64,000 nt of DNA from Octopus vulgaris (Eukaryota), in assembly GCA_951406725.2 (NCBI GenBank), contig OX597815.1, forward strand, positions 198,028,001-198,092,000, in the 5' to 3' direction. Positions 39,797-56,096 of the stretch are shown here, piece by piece (position 1 is the stretch's first letter; the number at the start of each line of letters is the position of its first letter). Below the pieces are notes generated by a model. The model saw nothing but the letters and a program-made list of their open reading frames with translations, searched no databases and was not told where the DNA came from. The position numbers were made by a program, and so were the translations under genes.

Positions 39797-41849
39797 TATT
39801 TGTTGCAACATAGGAAACACCTAGTTCATTATAATGAAGCACGATTTTATTGCACTGTAGATATGAAATATACCGTAAGGTTATGTCAAATGCAATATTT
39901 TTCTGGAAAAGAAATGTTCATTTACAACATTCTTGAATCCTGAGGGTCACTCTGGTATTGCAATTGGAGAGAAAGCAAGCACTCTCAGAGGATGACTCAA
40001 ATTTTAGGCACTGCTATGTAGCAAGGAATGTCATTTATCATGACTTGTTGCATTATATGCAACCTAGGAGCTGATGAAAATATACCTTCTATAAATGATG
40101 TTTCATTATTTTAAACAGTCTCCCTTTAAACATTCAATATTTGAAAAATATGTTTTATTTCATTCAGAAGGTTTTTTCTCCCTTTGCATCAAGCCAAGAT
40201 TTGAAGCTGATGTCTTCTCTAGATATTGTTAAAGAATCCTTCACAGATTGGCTTAATACCATTTTTAGGTCATGGAATTTCCAATCTCAGTGATGTTTCC
40301 ACAACAGTTATGTTCTTTGCATATTTCTCATGAGCCATATACAGAACTCTTCAGTGCAGTATAATTCTTCACTTTGCAATATTTCTGCGAAAACTAATTC
40401 CGAAATGAAGCGTGCTTTCTGGACCAGACGAACTGAATTTTAAGGTCTCCTCCGTGAAGCGAATCGTGTTCTCTATGAGAGTGTCATTTGATTATTCCAA
40501 ATGAAACAAATATGATGATGAATAAGGTATACCGATAGCAAGTGTAAAACAGCATACTATAATCCCATTTAAAGGGTATTATTGAATTCGTTGAGTTCTG
40601 GTCCTTAAATCAAGCGTGATTCTAATCTGTACTATCGCTTTTTCCTGGAGTTCCCATTTGTGAGAAAGAGATTAAATTCCCTAAAAAGGAATTACTGTTT
40701 TTGGCTGATGTTATTTATTTTGCATGGAATGCTTTTAACAATCACCTGATAAAAAACTATAAACGAGATATCATCAACAACAGGGAACAACAATCATTCT
40801 AAATTTACATGTTTGAATTCCCCACAATCATCTTTCGTTAGAGCTTCGTGGAAATTCGTCTGACTTATAAAATTGGATAACCAGTCAGATGCATCAAACT
40901 AATGAGTCATAAATGATATATGCAATTCTTCAAACATCTTTAATTGCTCATTCCCTGAACGAGGTAAGCAGGCAGCTCTAACGAGAATATGTTACCATAT
41001 GCTTGCTTTCTTCTTTTGTTCATCTACACAAATATTTCAATCCCAATAAATCATCCCTAACTAATCAGTGTATAATTAGTCCAAATGCTATTCCAGTATA
41101 AACCACGAAAGTGACGTTAACAATATTACATTCAGAATGTATGCCCTGTTATATAGCTGATGTATATTATTACATATCTCGCAGGATAAATATGTCGTTC
41201 ATAAGAGAAACAAAGGAATCTCTTTTAGTCCTCACGAATATCTACTCAATTCCTTTTCTCTTGTCGTCTATATCTCCGCTTTCTATTCTTGTGCATCCGC
41301 TTCTACAATCCAACACTTTTATTTCCCACCGCATCAACACCTATTCTGTTCCGCCCCCATCATCTTCCCCACTTGTGCCCATTTCTAATCCCCCTCCAGC
41401 AACATTCTCCAACACTCCCATCTATCGTTTGTTACTCTAATTCTTGACTAGCCTCTTCTTGATATTGAGCGATCGCTTATTTTTATAAGTTGATTTTTTA
41501 GACCTTAAACACATATCCAAGTGATGGGTCGCTTTTTCGTCTCTCACTGTTACTCACCCCACCACATCTCACGTCACGCGTTCCCGCTCTCTGCAGCTAT
41601 TTTCCCTCTGCATAATTTCCCTCCGGTATTAATCAGGGGACTATATATTTCCAAATAAAGAGGCTCTCCAAGCGTGTAATAAACGTTTTCAAAACACTTT
41701 ATACTACATTTGCTCTACATCTATATTTACTTGCTTTCATTCATCAGCTTCTACTTTTACGGATATTATAGCTGTTATGCCATCTTTATATAAATATATT
41801 CTTTTATTCTATCATTTGTTTCAGTCATGAAGCTGCAGTCATATAAGAG

Positions 41850-42413
41850 TGGCACAGTGGTTTAGCTAATTTCATCCGGAAGAGGGGTTTCATATAACTA
41901 CTCCTGTATGTACCTTCCTTGATTCCGCTGCCTTCGTCTGTACCTTATGCTAGGCCGTTGGTTCATCCAGTATTGTGAAGGGGAGGAGGTTTACTTTTTT
42001 GATGACATATAAATCTAAATAATGTAGATTTCTTATTTTTCCCAGCAGAGCATCGAAGAGGTGTGAGCCTTTCAATCTTAGGCTATTGCAGTGCCTGATC
42101 CTCAATTTGGTCGGAATGGATGGTGCATTTGGTACAATATCATAGCGTCCACTTCTGGCATTTGTATAACATTCAATACCGAAGTTAGGAACTCGGCCTT
42201 CTAGAGTTATCACTTTACTCTTTTACTTGTTTCAGTCCTTTGACTGCGGCCATGCTGGAGCACCACCTTTAGTCGAGCAAATCGACCCCAGAACTTATTC
42301 TTTGGAAGCCTAGTACTTATTCTATCGGTCTCTTTTTTGCCGAACCACTAAGTTACAGGGATGTAAACACACCAGCATCGGTTATCAAGCGATGTTGGGG
42401 GGACAAACACAGA

Positions 42414-42486
<73 letters not shown>

Positions 42487-44031
42487 GACAGGCTTCTTTC
42501 AGTTTCCGTCTACCAAATCCACTCACAAGGCTTTGGTCGGCCCGAGGCTATAGTAGAAGACACTTGCCCAAGGTGCCACGCTGTGGGACTGAACCCGGAA
42601 CCATGTGGTTGGCAAGCAAGCTACTTACCACGCAGCCACTCCTGCGCCTATGTGTAGATTATTACTTATCAGTCGCACCTTCACTTGAGGGAGTAAAGTC
42701 GCAGTTTTGTCACCCTCTCGCTGCAGCTCATTCACTGCATTGTTTCAATTTTTTAGTGTAGTGGCGTTAGAATGCTTGAAGCTCCGATGTCAGTTTGGCA
42801 CTATGTGGTTACCATAGCAGGCGGCTGAGAACAACATAACTTCCTGTGAATCGTCTGTACTTCGTTGCCATCTTGGTATTATGCACATGACATGATGCAT
42901 CATTGCACACACTGACACCCACGTCTTCCACTGTCAGTGACTTTCGGATTGGATTGACTTCAGATCTTGCATATGCAGGTTGCATTACATTCTGAAGTTA
43001 ATAGTGCAGAGCCTGAAACTTTCCATCATTAAAGTGCCCGTTGTTTACTTCAGCCGACTCGTATTCAGTACCACTGTAAGTTTGCGAGTCATCTGGACAT
43101 TTTATAGCCTGTGTAAACTTGTTACTATCGGGTAGCTAGTAACAATGGCTGTCAGAGTGACCATGTGCATATTTAATAGGGGGATTATAGACAGTAACGG
43201 CCCCAAGAAAATTCCCTGGTGTACGCCTCTTAGAATTGGAATTTCTTCAGAAAGGGCACCATTCGCTGCAAATACGTAACTTCTGTCTTTAAGGAAGTCA
43301 TGCACTCACTCTCTCAGTTTCATATCAGTTCCATGATCTACCTTATCAAATGCCTTTGCAACCTCAGAATATATCACACTAACATCTGAACGATGAATGA
43401 GCAGTTTCAAAACCCAACCATATTGCCGTCAGAGCTGTGTGTTGCAGCTTCTTTCAGGACGAAAGCCATGCTGTGTATTGTTCAGTAAGGGATTTTCTTC
43501 TAAGATTATCAGTTTCTTTCTGGTGATCTGTTCCATGACGTTACAGATATGTGAAATCATAGACGTTGGCCTGTAGTTTGGGCTTCTGCTCTGCTCCCAC
43601 TTTTGTGGATAGGGAATACCATACCTTCTCTTAGTCTGGAAAATTATCTGAAGTTGTTTCGCTTAAGCTTTCTGACCTCACTTCAGGAAAATAGTCTGGA
43701 ATCCATCGAGAGCAGTTACTGAGTTTGAATTTATTTCATCTATGACGCATGTTACATGTCAGCTCACACTAGATGTAATCGGTGGTTGGCAATTTCTTTC
43801 GTAGGGCTGCAATATTAAAGGACACAGTCGGTGATTTTTTTATATGCATGTGTCCCAGTGGGTAGGTGAAGACACTTTTAAATTGTTCACTGAGTACCCC
43901 ACTTATCTTGTCTGGGTCCACGGTTAGTGAGCCCATCCCTTGGCACACTGGCCCTATTTTATATTGTATTGTGATTGTTTCATTTGTGAATCTATACAAA
44001 GTTTAGGTTTTGCTTTGATGCTTTCAACACA

Positions 44032-44091
<60 letters not shown>

Positions 44092-44480
44092 TCTCCCTCT
44101 CTGTTATTTCCTTTTATTGAGAGAGTTTGATATTGTTTTCCATTTCTACGAGTGTCCGTATTTAAATAGACTCCTCCCAAACCTTCAGATGCCTATACAA
44201 TCTGTTTACTTTGCATCTGATAATGATTTTTCTGTTCTTGGATTCTTGTTTATCGCTATGCTGGCCTTTCTTTCTGGCATATATTTAGTGCATATAACAT
44301 GCACAGTTCAAATAAACTGGCTAACGTTTAAAGACAATGACTTTAATACATAGAATGTTGAACCAGTTTCGCTTGTGGAACTTTTTGCAGTTTCATTCCC
44401 ATTTTGCTTTATTGAAATTGAAGTTTGATCTGGCATGGATCCTTCTTATGAGGTAGATACCAGCAATTCACTTAGCCTCA
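41850..44480 (-). mobile_element. Decayed CR1-group LINE ORF2 (second family), interrupted by SINE-A
   Basis: RT motifs QHGFRPERSC, AKAFDKVDH and GVHQGIFLGPLL; C-terminal LEGRVPNFGI. Many stops and frameshifts. Confidence 0.85.
42213..42649 (-). mobile_element. SINE-A, full length, nested in the LINE
   Basis: Reverse complement of SINE-A from aggcgcaggagtgg to aagtaaaagagtaaag. Confidence 0.92.
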
Positions 44481-44543
44481 TACATAGAACAACCATGTAT
44501 ACATACATACACACATACATACATACATACATACATACATACA

Positions 44544-44574
<31 letters not shown>

Positions 44575-44577
44575 TTA

Positions 44578-44619
<42 letters not shown>

Positions 44620-44736
44620 GATTTATATATATAAGGATATTTATATCAAGTGGCCAGCATGGGGAAAAACCTTTCAAAGGTAATAATTAGTTAAATTTAC
44701 AATTTAGGGTATCTGAGAGATACCACCAATATATAC

Positions 44737-44786
<50 letters not shown>

Positions 44787-46482
44787 ACATATGCATATAC
44801 ATTTATGCACATATATGCATATATATATATATGTGTACATATATACACACTCACATATATACATATGCATATACACATATGGATCTATATGCATATGAAC
44901 ACGTTATCACACAATCACTTAAATATTTCAATAGTACGAGCTATGAAAGTTTTAAACTATTGCCTCAGTTTTGCATTCGTTGGGATAAAACAAAATCACT
45001 TTTCTAGATACCCATTTACATATTCGTCTACATCAAAAAATATAATTACAGTGTTGGTTTGTTGTATTTTCAAGCAAGTCGTACACACACTCCAGCTGAA
45101 TACCTGTAGCCGTGTTGACATTTATTTTTTAAATTGTCTCTGTTTTTTGTTGCTCTCATCACGCCGAACCGCAGCTCTCTTTCCTGTTAAACTGATTAGC
45201 TTTTTGATTGGGAAATATTCTAAATATCGTTGTAACGAGATAGATGAAGTGATGCTAAAATATATATCCTGCCACTGGATACCTTCAGCTCGATAACTCT
45301 GAAATCCTAGAATATCTTAAAATCTTTTCTATCTTTTTTATCAAATTATTCTAAGAAGGATATAATCAGTTTTTAGGGTTTACATTGAATATTATCCCCA
45401 AGCAATTCTGAACGGTTTTTCTACAGCAGTACTATTACCATCTAGCTATCATCATCACTGCTCCAATTAGAAGGAAAAATCAAGAGGTATGCTTTAAGTA
45501 TTAACAGGATTATGCTACAGATCTTTCGCTTAAACGTCATTGACAAACTTAAGTCACAGAATAGTGAACGATAAACTTTAGTTTTTGAACGAAACTGTAT
45601 TTATAATATGACTAGGCGATTTGACGGGTATCGATCGCGAATGATAAGAGTACTCCTTCACCAGCTGCAATAATTGTAGTTCCTCACTATCACATACACA
45701 TAAACACACGCATATATCTATGTGTGTACGTGCATGTATGCTGGTATATAATATAAATATGTGCATGTGTACCTATGTGTGTGTATGTGTATGTGTTCTG
45801 TGCCAGCTTCTATCTATATCATTTAGTAGATGTATATTTTATGAATTTAAAAAATTGTAGGTCATTTACAATGAGTCATTCTGCACAGGGATGTTCCCAT
45901 GAAAATCGCTTCTATTTGATAAATAGAAAACTATTATGTATCAAAAGGGTACGATTATATCTCTATAAATCAAACTAATCTATATCATCATAGAAAATTA
46001 CATTTTCATTTTGACATATATTGTGAAGAATATACGTGAAAAGAAAATAATAGAAAATTATACTGGATAATAATGAAAGGCAATAAGCAGAAATAAAAGA
46101 CGTAAAAGTATGTTTCGAACCTAATGAACAAGTACCCGTCGGTTCTTATCAGAAACAATTTCTTTCTAATTTTGAACAGCAATTTTGTGTATGAAAACGA
46201 TGATCTACTTCATAGCATTGTGTCACTCCATAAGGGAGGGCCCTGACGCGATGTGTTAAAGTTCTTCTATATTGTATACAAATCATCTCTTACTAATTGG
46301 AAGATTGTTAAACTGACAGCCTAGTGTCAGAAACGATTGTACTGTATTTTTATTCTATGTTATGCTGAACGATAAGTCATCTATAGAAAATGCACTTGGT
46401 TTGAAAAGATGATCGGACCCAATGAAAGACACGAAGCTTTTAGGCGTCATGGTAGTTTTTTAAGCTCTTATCTATCTGCATA

Positions 46483-46566
<84 letters not shown>

Positions 46567-46637
46567 TGTATGTAGTATGTATGTATGTATGTATGTATGT
46601 ATGTATGTATGTGTATGTATGTATGTATATATGTATG

Positions 46638-46677
<40 letters not shown>

Positions 46678-49544
46678 TATGGATGAATCTTTATGTGTAT
46701 GTTGCCTGTGATTGTATGTATTCACCCTTTCTACATAGGTCATATGGGAATTTGATTTCTGGTTCTTGTCAGAGAAAAATACTGAACACTAATATCTACA
46801 GAGTGAACATGATTCTATGAGAAAGAACGGACTATATATTTACTTTCTTTTTTTCTTTTCTATTCTTCAATTCAATTGACCCTCAAAATGGAATATCCGT
46901 TATATTTGTTCTGCATTATAAGATCATGGGTTAGTGACCACCATTGTGTTATTTTGACATATTCATGAACATTTCTCAAGATAATAAAATGTATTGTGGA
47001 TAACTCAGTTGACCGTCTACTAGAAAATTGATGGAAATTTTCTCTTACCATTTTCCTTATTTTTAAAAAATACATTGAAAGCTGTAATATAGGTCCCTAT
47101 ATGTCCTGTTTTTAATTCTATTTATCCACGTGATTTTTTGTTGCTTATCGAGTAATCGATATATGAAAAGTATAGATGTTTTCAGCAAACACTGTAATTT
47201 CTTTGTCATGATTATATATTCGATATATTTATAAAACTGAAAAGCAATCTTAACTTTAACAGTAACGACTTTCCAAATAAATATTTCATATAATAGATCT
47301 ACATTTTGTCCCAAGCTATTTCTCAAGTTTCTTCAGTATTGCACTTATTATACAAATATGTACATCCAAAAAATATAACAATTACTATCAGTTTCAAGAT
47401 ATTAATCAGTTTAGGTATCTTAAAACAGAGCAATAAAAAACTTGGCGTGTTTGTATTCCTGGAAGTATGACTGCATTATATCCTATCATTATAACCTATC
47501 ATATAACAACACTTGAATCCGTTAATTTTACAATCGGCGCTAACTATGTTAACGTAATATTTAGTTGTACAATATATAATAATCTGATTGAAACAGAAAA
47601 AATGAGAAAGCACCGTCCTCAAATTTAATTATCATTATTGAAATTCAAGTTGAACAAATTTGTAAAACTGTGTTGCAATATAATTACTTGAAAGTAATTT
47701 ATACACTAAAATTGAAGTTGACTGTAATTCTCTTTTAAAATATCAATTCATAAAGTGATTTTTATTTTATTATGTAATAATTATACTTAAATAAGAAGAT
47801 AATTAAATGTAGGAAACACAAATGGAATGAGTGTATTATTGTGTTATAGTTCACTTGCATGAAAAGTTAATAATAGCTTTTCATGAATTTCAGTTATCCA
47901 ATCTGTATTAAAAATAAATAATTCGCATTGAATGGTGTTTGGTTGTACCTATTTTGTTTTTTTTTTGCTTGTTGTAGGTGCAGTAATTCCTTGTACAATA
48001 ACATTTATTTTAATATTATTAGAAGAAAATATACAATCTAGGAATTTCAATAACTAATAAAATTACATATAGCTTCCCACATATTAATTTGTAAGACGAA
48101 TGTATGCTTTATAATAAATTATACACCAGCAAAAATGATAAAATCACAAATACAAAAGCAATGGTTTCAGTAAGACAACAGCATTAAACAAATATGAACG
48201 TAGATAGACAGAGGCTTGAACAATTAAACACTCTTTCTAAAGAAAAGTATATACCAGGCGGTTGTGTAGAAAAAGTTATTCAAAGAATATATTATATTAA
48301 AATATTATAGGAATGAAAATGTCTTCACCTCAAAAGTTATTGCACCTAAAATCGAATCGTAACGATTATGTCAGATGTTGCCTGTTAGGCAGAAAAAAGA
48401 ATAACATACACACAACAGAGGGAAAGTGAGAAGCCTTTCCCAGTTTGGATAGTGAAAACAGTGTAAATTATATTGCAGTACTCGAAAATACGAATACACA
48501 AAGACATATTGTTGAGAATGAAGTCCACAAAAGTAGTATATCTTCCGTATGCAATGCTCCAGTCTTCGCAAAACAAATATGGTGCGACATATATATACAA
48601 TGGAAGATAAGAGAGAAGAGACCATCTAAGATATACGTATACTGATATCAATGCATGGACTGAAAATATGAAACTTGTTGTACGTATACATGTAGCACAA
48701 CTATTATAGGAGTTATGAACAAAAAAGGACACATGACTGATGGTTGATGCACCAGTAGTTCTCGGAGGATCTTTACCTTGACATTTTTAGCTGCATTGAT
48801 TATTCGCATATCTATTTACAGGTATTTTCCACGGATATGCAACTTGGATTCCCGTCTCAAAGCAGCATAGCATCTCAGAACCAGGGATTCAAAACGATCC
48901 TTGTTTAATACAAATTTTGCCCTTTTTAAGTACGTAACCTACGCAAGTCAATGGGGGAATATCATAGGAAAAACTGATGAAACACGTAAAATGGCTGATA
49001 TCAGATTTGAAATCATATTTGTTATATCCCTGTCTTCATTTTTGTATTAGCATGAGTATTACATAACCAGATCTACGTGAAAGCTACTTCTTTCTCGCTA
49101 TGTATATATGCTTTTAGTGTGAGAGGTCTTCAAATTAAAGGATCTCTACTCTGGAAATGTTTGACTTTATACACAGAAGCAAGCATTTCGGTACAAATAC
49201 TTGATGTTCCACTTGAGATAAAGAAAATATTTCAGATCTTAGTACTTAAACTGTTATGGTGTCATACACAATAAATACTGTTAGGAAAATGGGTACTAAG
49301 GCATGTGTATAGATATATTAGTACTAGTTCAACACTTATTGGCATCCCATTTACTCACGAGTATAAATCTACTAATTTTGCGCTTCCACATCTGCTAGTT
49401 ACGAAACGTTTGACGGCGCAGCAGTGTATCTCAGCATTAATTGAATTTTTTCGCCGCCCTCATAAATTACAGCTTGGTTTCCTATGAGGTCATTTAATCT
49501 ATAATAAAGAGATTCTCACTCGGTATTTGCATAATAATTGTATG

Positions 49545-49730
49545 TTGCGCAAAATGCTTCGCAGCATTTCATCTCTCTTCCCGTTCTGGGTTCAAATTCC
49601 ACCGAGGTCATCTTTTCATTTTATCCTTTCGGGGTTGTTAAAATAAATATTAGTCGAACACTGGGGTTGATGTAATCGACTTATTCTTTTCCGAAAATTG
49701 CTGGCCTTGAGCCAAAATTTTAGATCAATA
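49545..49730 (+). mobile_element. Degenerate SINE-B
   Basis: gttctgggttcaaattccaccgaggtc...ctggggttgatgtaatcgact. Confidence 0.7.
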
Positions 49731-50587
49731 CTTGTATGTCACTACACATGTCGAACAGGGGAATATACCGTTTAAAATAAAACTTGATGATTACATATCA
49801 ATGAAAAAGCAATAGTATACAGATTTTGTAATTCGTTTAATGTTGAAAAGAAAGAACATAGAATATAATCGGTATATGTTACGGTAAAAGGCATTTCTTA
49901 ATCGAAAACTCTTGTCTACAAAGACGAACGCGTGTGGAGAATATTGAATATTGACAAACTCGTACCTAGGTAATCAAAATATCGTATCGGATTGTATTGC
50001 ATCAAAGAATAATATTTTTGTAAGAAATAGTGCTTAGTCTGTTGTTAAGGCGAGTAGTTAGCCTTTTGTTAGATATAAAACGTGCATTATTGATAAACAG
50101 TTTCAGTGGGCAAGCTAACATTTTATCATCTCATCAATACCGAATTATGAAATATATTATAGCTTTGCATTACAATGAGAATTCGGCTACATGATATATG
50201 CTACAAAAAACCCATTTTCTGTTGACGTTTTGCACTGCAGTTTTGCAGTGCAGATGATAAATTGCGCATTAATCAATCTTAAGCTGACGCCAAATATATG
50301 AGAAGACATTAATAGACGTATATATACATATATATGTATATGTATTGCACCGAACATTCAAACAACTCATTTCGAAGTTTTCCTCGAAAACTGGCATATT
50401 CAGAATGTTCTAGAACGTACAATGAGGGATCGTAAACATAACTGGCCAATTTTCCTCGCAATAATAATTATTTTAAACACTAATCAAACATTTTTAGCTT
50501 CCTTAATTAATGCATAAGTAATTTTTACGCGTGGTTACGGCAAATATACACACACTTACACGCACTAATATATATGAATATATATGA

Positions 50588-50977
50588 CTAGCAGTATCGC
50601 CCGGCGTTGCTCGGGTTTGTAAGGGAAATAACTATATAAGCATTTTTACAGATGTAAAGTATAATAGCCATCTCAATATGGCTAACCACAAGGGGGGTGT
50701 TACTGTAGCTTTTTACGTTCTGAGATTTAATAATACATTTTTAGAGAGTTACTTCCCTTATATATGCCAAAAATGCATTAAAAATGGGAAAAATTGATGG
50801 TAAATTTTTTTTTAAATCGTAGGCTCATCGTAGACGCGCGCTAGTACCCAGAAGGGCTCGATATGAATGACGACTATAAGATACCCGGTTTTGGTTAAAC
50901 TGCACCGCAAAATGTGGGAGTAGTTAGGAATCTAAATCGTAGGATCAGACACACAACTTGACTTTTATATATAAAGA
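50588..50977 (-). mobile_element. Non-autonomous Helitron
   Basis: Minus strand starts A|TCTTTATATATAAAA, has subterminal hairpin cccgagcaacgccggg (50600-50615) and ends CTAG|T. No TSD. Confidence 0.9.
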
Positions 50978-51212
50978 TATTAGGGTAATAAAAATTATAG
51001 AAAATTTTACTACCAGTGGCCTAGTGTACATAAAAATAAGTCAATAGATTATATATTATTCATATAAAATACAGTGTACATTAAAACACATTGAGAGGCT
51101 TCCATCATATTTTATTTTTCATTCCCTTCGAGAATTTATGCCTAATTCGTGGTTTGGATTTAACTGTTCTTTCTAGCGTAATGGATTCCAATGATGAAGC
51201 CTCTTAATGTGT

Positions 51213-51321
<109 letters not shown>

Positions 51322-51322
51322 C

Positions 51323-51376
<54 letters not shown>

Positions 51377-51393
51377 CATACATACACACACAC

Positions 51394-51428
<35 letters not shown>

Positions 51429-52037
51429 AGTGTATATATATTTGTATGTCTGTATTTATAACTATACATATGTATTATCCATGTGTTAGCAAAATATTCG
51501 AATTAGTTGGAAGAAATATAATCTCATGTCTAAAATTGTCAAAACTTTGAGGCAATACTAAGTATAAAATCTCGCATTACGATTTTTCATATAAGCCTTA
51601 TTTTTTTTATCCATTTTGAAGGATGTCTGTAGAGAAATACACTGACGTATATTACTGTAAGAATTTGTCTTGAGGGCAGAACAACATTTCAGCCCGTTTG
51701 ACGAAACTTATTTTATGACAAGTCGTATGTCATAGATGAATTTCTGAATTTGAATTCTTAATCTTACAATATAAAGCATTAGTGTTTTGCTTTCATTTAG
51801 ATGTTCGTTACTGTAGTATATTACAGTGAATCCCAACGTCATATCCATTCAAATCAGATTGTGGTTGGGTAGCTTAGAATACCTTCTTTGTCAATCAGTT
51901 TCTTTGTTTCTTTCTGAAATATATAAATATGAAAATTCATTGTATTATATATCGTAGATAAGTTATTAGCTTGTTTCTGTTGAAACAAAATATTAGTGAA
52001 GTGCTTTAAAGAAAAAATGAAGGGACCATATTTAACT

Positions 52038-53270
52038 TAGGTTTCGGCCAGTATAAGCCCAGGTCATGTGTAACTTAATAGCACCACCTGGTGAAATATT
52101 TTTTAGATCGTGATTCACACCTCAGTCATATATGGGTAACCATAGCCCACTCTATCAAAGAGTTATTATTGGTGAAGACATATACGGATATAGGAGGTGG
52201 GTCCGGAAATTTTTTGAGAAATTTGTCCAGATAACTATCGACTTTTATGCGATCTGTTTCGTCTTAATGTATTTTTGTATAACAAAGAGAGCTGGAACCG
52301 TTGATGTAAAGTAGCTGTTTCGTAACGTTGTTATGCGTCTTGAGTTCGATGTTTGTTGTGGGGGGATAGCACGGGGTCCTAGTCTTGGGTAGATTTTAAA
52401 ATTCATGTCAACATCATTTGTGCAATATTGATGGAATATTTTCCACATAACACAAATGATGTAGCATTCACTGCGGAGTAGGAGAGATTAGGGATTGAGT
52501 CTTTTTAGTCGACCCCAATAGTCAATGCCTGTCATGCCATCTATCTTTCTTGTCCTCTGGAGTTCTTCCACGTTCATAATGTGTAACATCGTGTGAGGAG
52601 ACCACAGCAGTATTCGAGGTGGGGTTGCGCAAAAGTAGAGTAGACAAAGATGATTATGTGAGCATCTCTAGACAAGAAAGTTCTCAGAATCCTCAAGCAC
52701 ATCTTGCAGGCCAACTCAACCTTGCCGTTTATGTGGGAACTCCAGCTTATATAGTTGTCAACGATTACTCCAAGGTCTCTGGTGTTGTTGGATAACACTA
52801 GGCAGTCGCCGACGGGAATGGCATATGGTAGATTCAGAGTATCCTGTTTTCCTAAGTGTGTCAAATTAAGCTTATCTTCATTTAGAAGCATATTGCTCTG
52901 CAAATAGTAAACAGATCTGACTGAAGGCATGTTCAGTTTCCCATTCCGTTTATAGCCTTGTGGAGCTTGAAAATCATCTGCAAAGAAATTCAAAGTGTAA
53001 TGTTTGATGATGACTACTATGTCACTGATGTAGATAATGAAGAGTGGGTTCTACAAGGTACATTGTGGGACAATACAACTGAATTTGGCTGAGCCTGATC
53101 GGATTCCCTCAAACACAGCAAGTTAGGTTCTGTTCGTCAGGAAACAATTTATCAACTACAACAGCTTTCGAAGGACTCCAATGTTGGAAAGTTTCTTCAG
53201 CAGGATTTTGTTGTCTGTTCACTCTGTCAAATACCATGCTGAAGTCAAGGTAAATGATTTCGGGTGCTTA
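52038..53270 (-). mobile_element. Decayed CR1-group LINE (RT and 3' end)
   Basis: YLDFS..FDRV, LFIIYISD, FFADD, RDLGVIVDN and PHLEYC motifs. 3' end shared with the 31238 copy. Confidence 0.88.
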
Positions 53271-53275
53271 TCATA

Positions 53276-54267
<992 letters not shown>

Positions 54268-54284
54268 CCTATGTTTGTTTGTCT

Positions 54285-54470
54285 TTTCATCTATGTTTGT
54301 CCGAATCCCATCAGCGCTTGGAACCAGTGTTGGTGTTTTTACGTTCCCGTAAGCTAGTGGTTTGGTAATAAAGAGATCAATAGAATAAGTACTAGTCTTG
54401 AAATTTAAGTACAGGTGTCGATTCATTCGACTGAATGCCCCCCAGTATGGCTGCAGCTTAATGACTAGAG
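54285..54470 (+). mobile_element. Degenerate SINE-A 3' part
   Basis: agagatcaatagaataagtact...tggctgcagcttaatgact. Confidence 0.6.
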
Positions 54471-54472
54471 CG

Positions 54473-54527
<55 letters not shown>

Positions 54528-55284
54528 TAGTGAAGAGAGAGAGACAGAGATCCGTGTATATATGATTGTTTATAGAGGAATATATTAATGAATGAAATTC
54601 CAACTTAGTCTGATATTCAAATTTTATTATTTACAATTTTCATAATTATAATATTAGAATATTATATATTTATAGTGATAAATGTAATACTTTCATGTGT
54701 AATACTTTCATGCAGTCATCAGGTATTTGTAGTAGCAGTAGCAGCAGCTGCAGCGGTAGTAGTAGTAGTAGTAGTAGTGGTGACAGCTGTGTTGCACCAT
54801 TGACAACTGTATTGACATGATTAAATTTGTCCTTTAAATTCTCATCGTTGGGCTCCAGCTAGCTGAAATCTTGCGAAGTGCATTTTGACCAGTCAGTATG
54901 TGGCTCAGATGTCACGGATTGGTGATCGCGCGCCAGCTAAGTTTCTAACTTTATTTCGACCACTCAGTATGTAGATTAGATGTCCTGGTTTGGTGAACGC
55001 GCATTTATCCTGCTTTTTTTTTTTTCATCGAAATATTTTAGTAATTGGTGTGCGGCTTAGACGTCACGGTTGGCTGGACACGTCAAAGATTCTTTACTTT
55101 GACCGCACCTAAAGAAATTATAATTCAGCTATATTTAGGAATATTGTAAACAACATTCTTGTTTTCATTGAATTATATTGCTAATATTCCAATAATTTTC
55201 CAGACATTTTACATTTCAATGAAGTCGATGTCGATATGGGTAACACTATCTTCATCACCATCGCTTTTATCATTATTATTATTG

Positions 55285-55440
55285 ATTTCCGTCGGATCGC
55301 TTTAAGTAACCATCTGGTAACATGTGATCAGAAAATATTTATAGTATTACCGTTCTACAAACTACACAACTCAAGAGAAGTCGAGATAAAAATCAGAGAA
55401 AATAATATTATTGATAAATGCAAACCCGTTTTAAATGGAC
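55285..55440 (+). mobile_element. Penelope GIY-YIG endonuclease C-terminal remnant
   Basis: IALSNHLVTCDQKIFIVLPFYKL...IRENNIIDKCKPVLN fits the S.H...C...F...PFY...E..I....P.LN pattern of Penelope-like endonucleases. Confidence 0.65.
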
Positions 55441-55639
55441 AAATAAAATGTACTTTCTTTTTATCTCACCGACATTAAAAAAATCGCCATAAAAATTGGG
55501 TTATCTCCCCCTAGAAAATTTGTGTTTATGTAGCGACAAGAGATTGGATTAAAAAGGGTTGGATCCTTTTGATTCAATACTTCAACACATTGTTGAGTTT
55601 TGACCGCCTCAACAGCCATGGTATAATTTGTTAGAAAAA

Positions 55640-55804
55640 TGAGTGGCTGTGTGGTAAGTAGCTTGCTAACCAACCACATGGCTTAGGGTTCAGTCCCACA
55701 GCGTGGCACCTTGGGCAAGTGTCTTCTACTATAGCCCCGGGCCAACCAATGCCTTGTGAGTAGATTTGGTAGACGGAAACTGAAAGAAGCCCGTCGTATA
55801 TATG

Positions 55805-55843
<39 letters not shown>

Positions 55844-56053
55844 TTGTGTGTCTGTGTTTGTCCTCCTAGCATTGCTTGACAACCGATGCTGGCGTGTGTA
55901 TGTCGCCGTCGGTTCGGCACAAGAGACCGATAGAATAAGTACTGGGCTTACAAAGAATAAGTCCTTGGGTCTAGTTGCTCGACTAAAGGCGGTGCTCCAG
56001 CATGGCCGCAGTCAAATGACTGAAACAAGTAAAAGAGTAAAAGAGTAAAGAGT
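55640..56053 (+). mobile_element. SINE-A
   Basis: Matches the 26375 copy. Confidence 0.92.
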
Positions 56054-56096
56054 AAACTCTATAAGATGTTTAATCTTTTCAGTTTTATGTTTACTC

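Noticed and set aside
38600-41000. Complex-looking sequence as exons or transposase
   Set aside because: The frames tried are interrupted by stops, and no motif was recognised.
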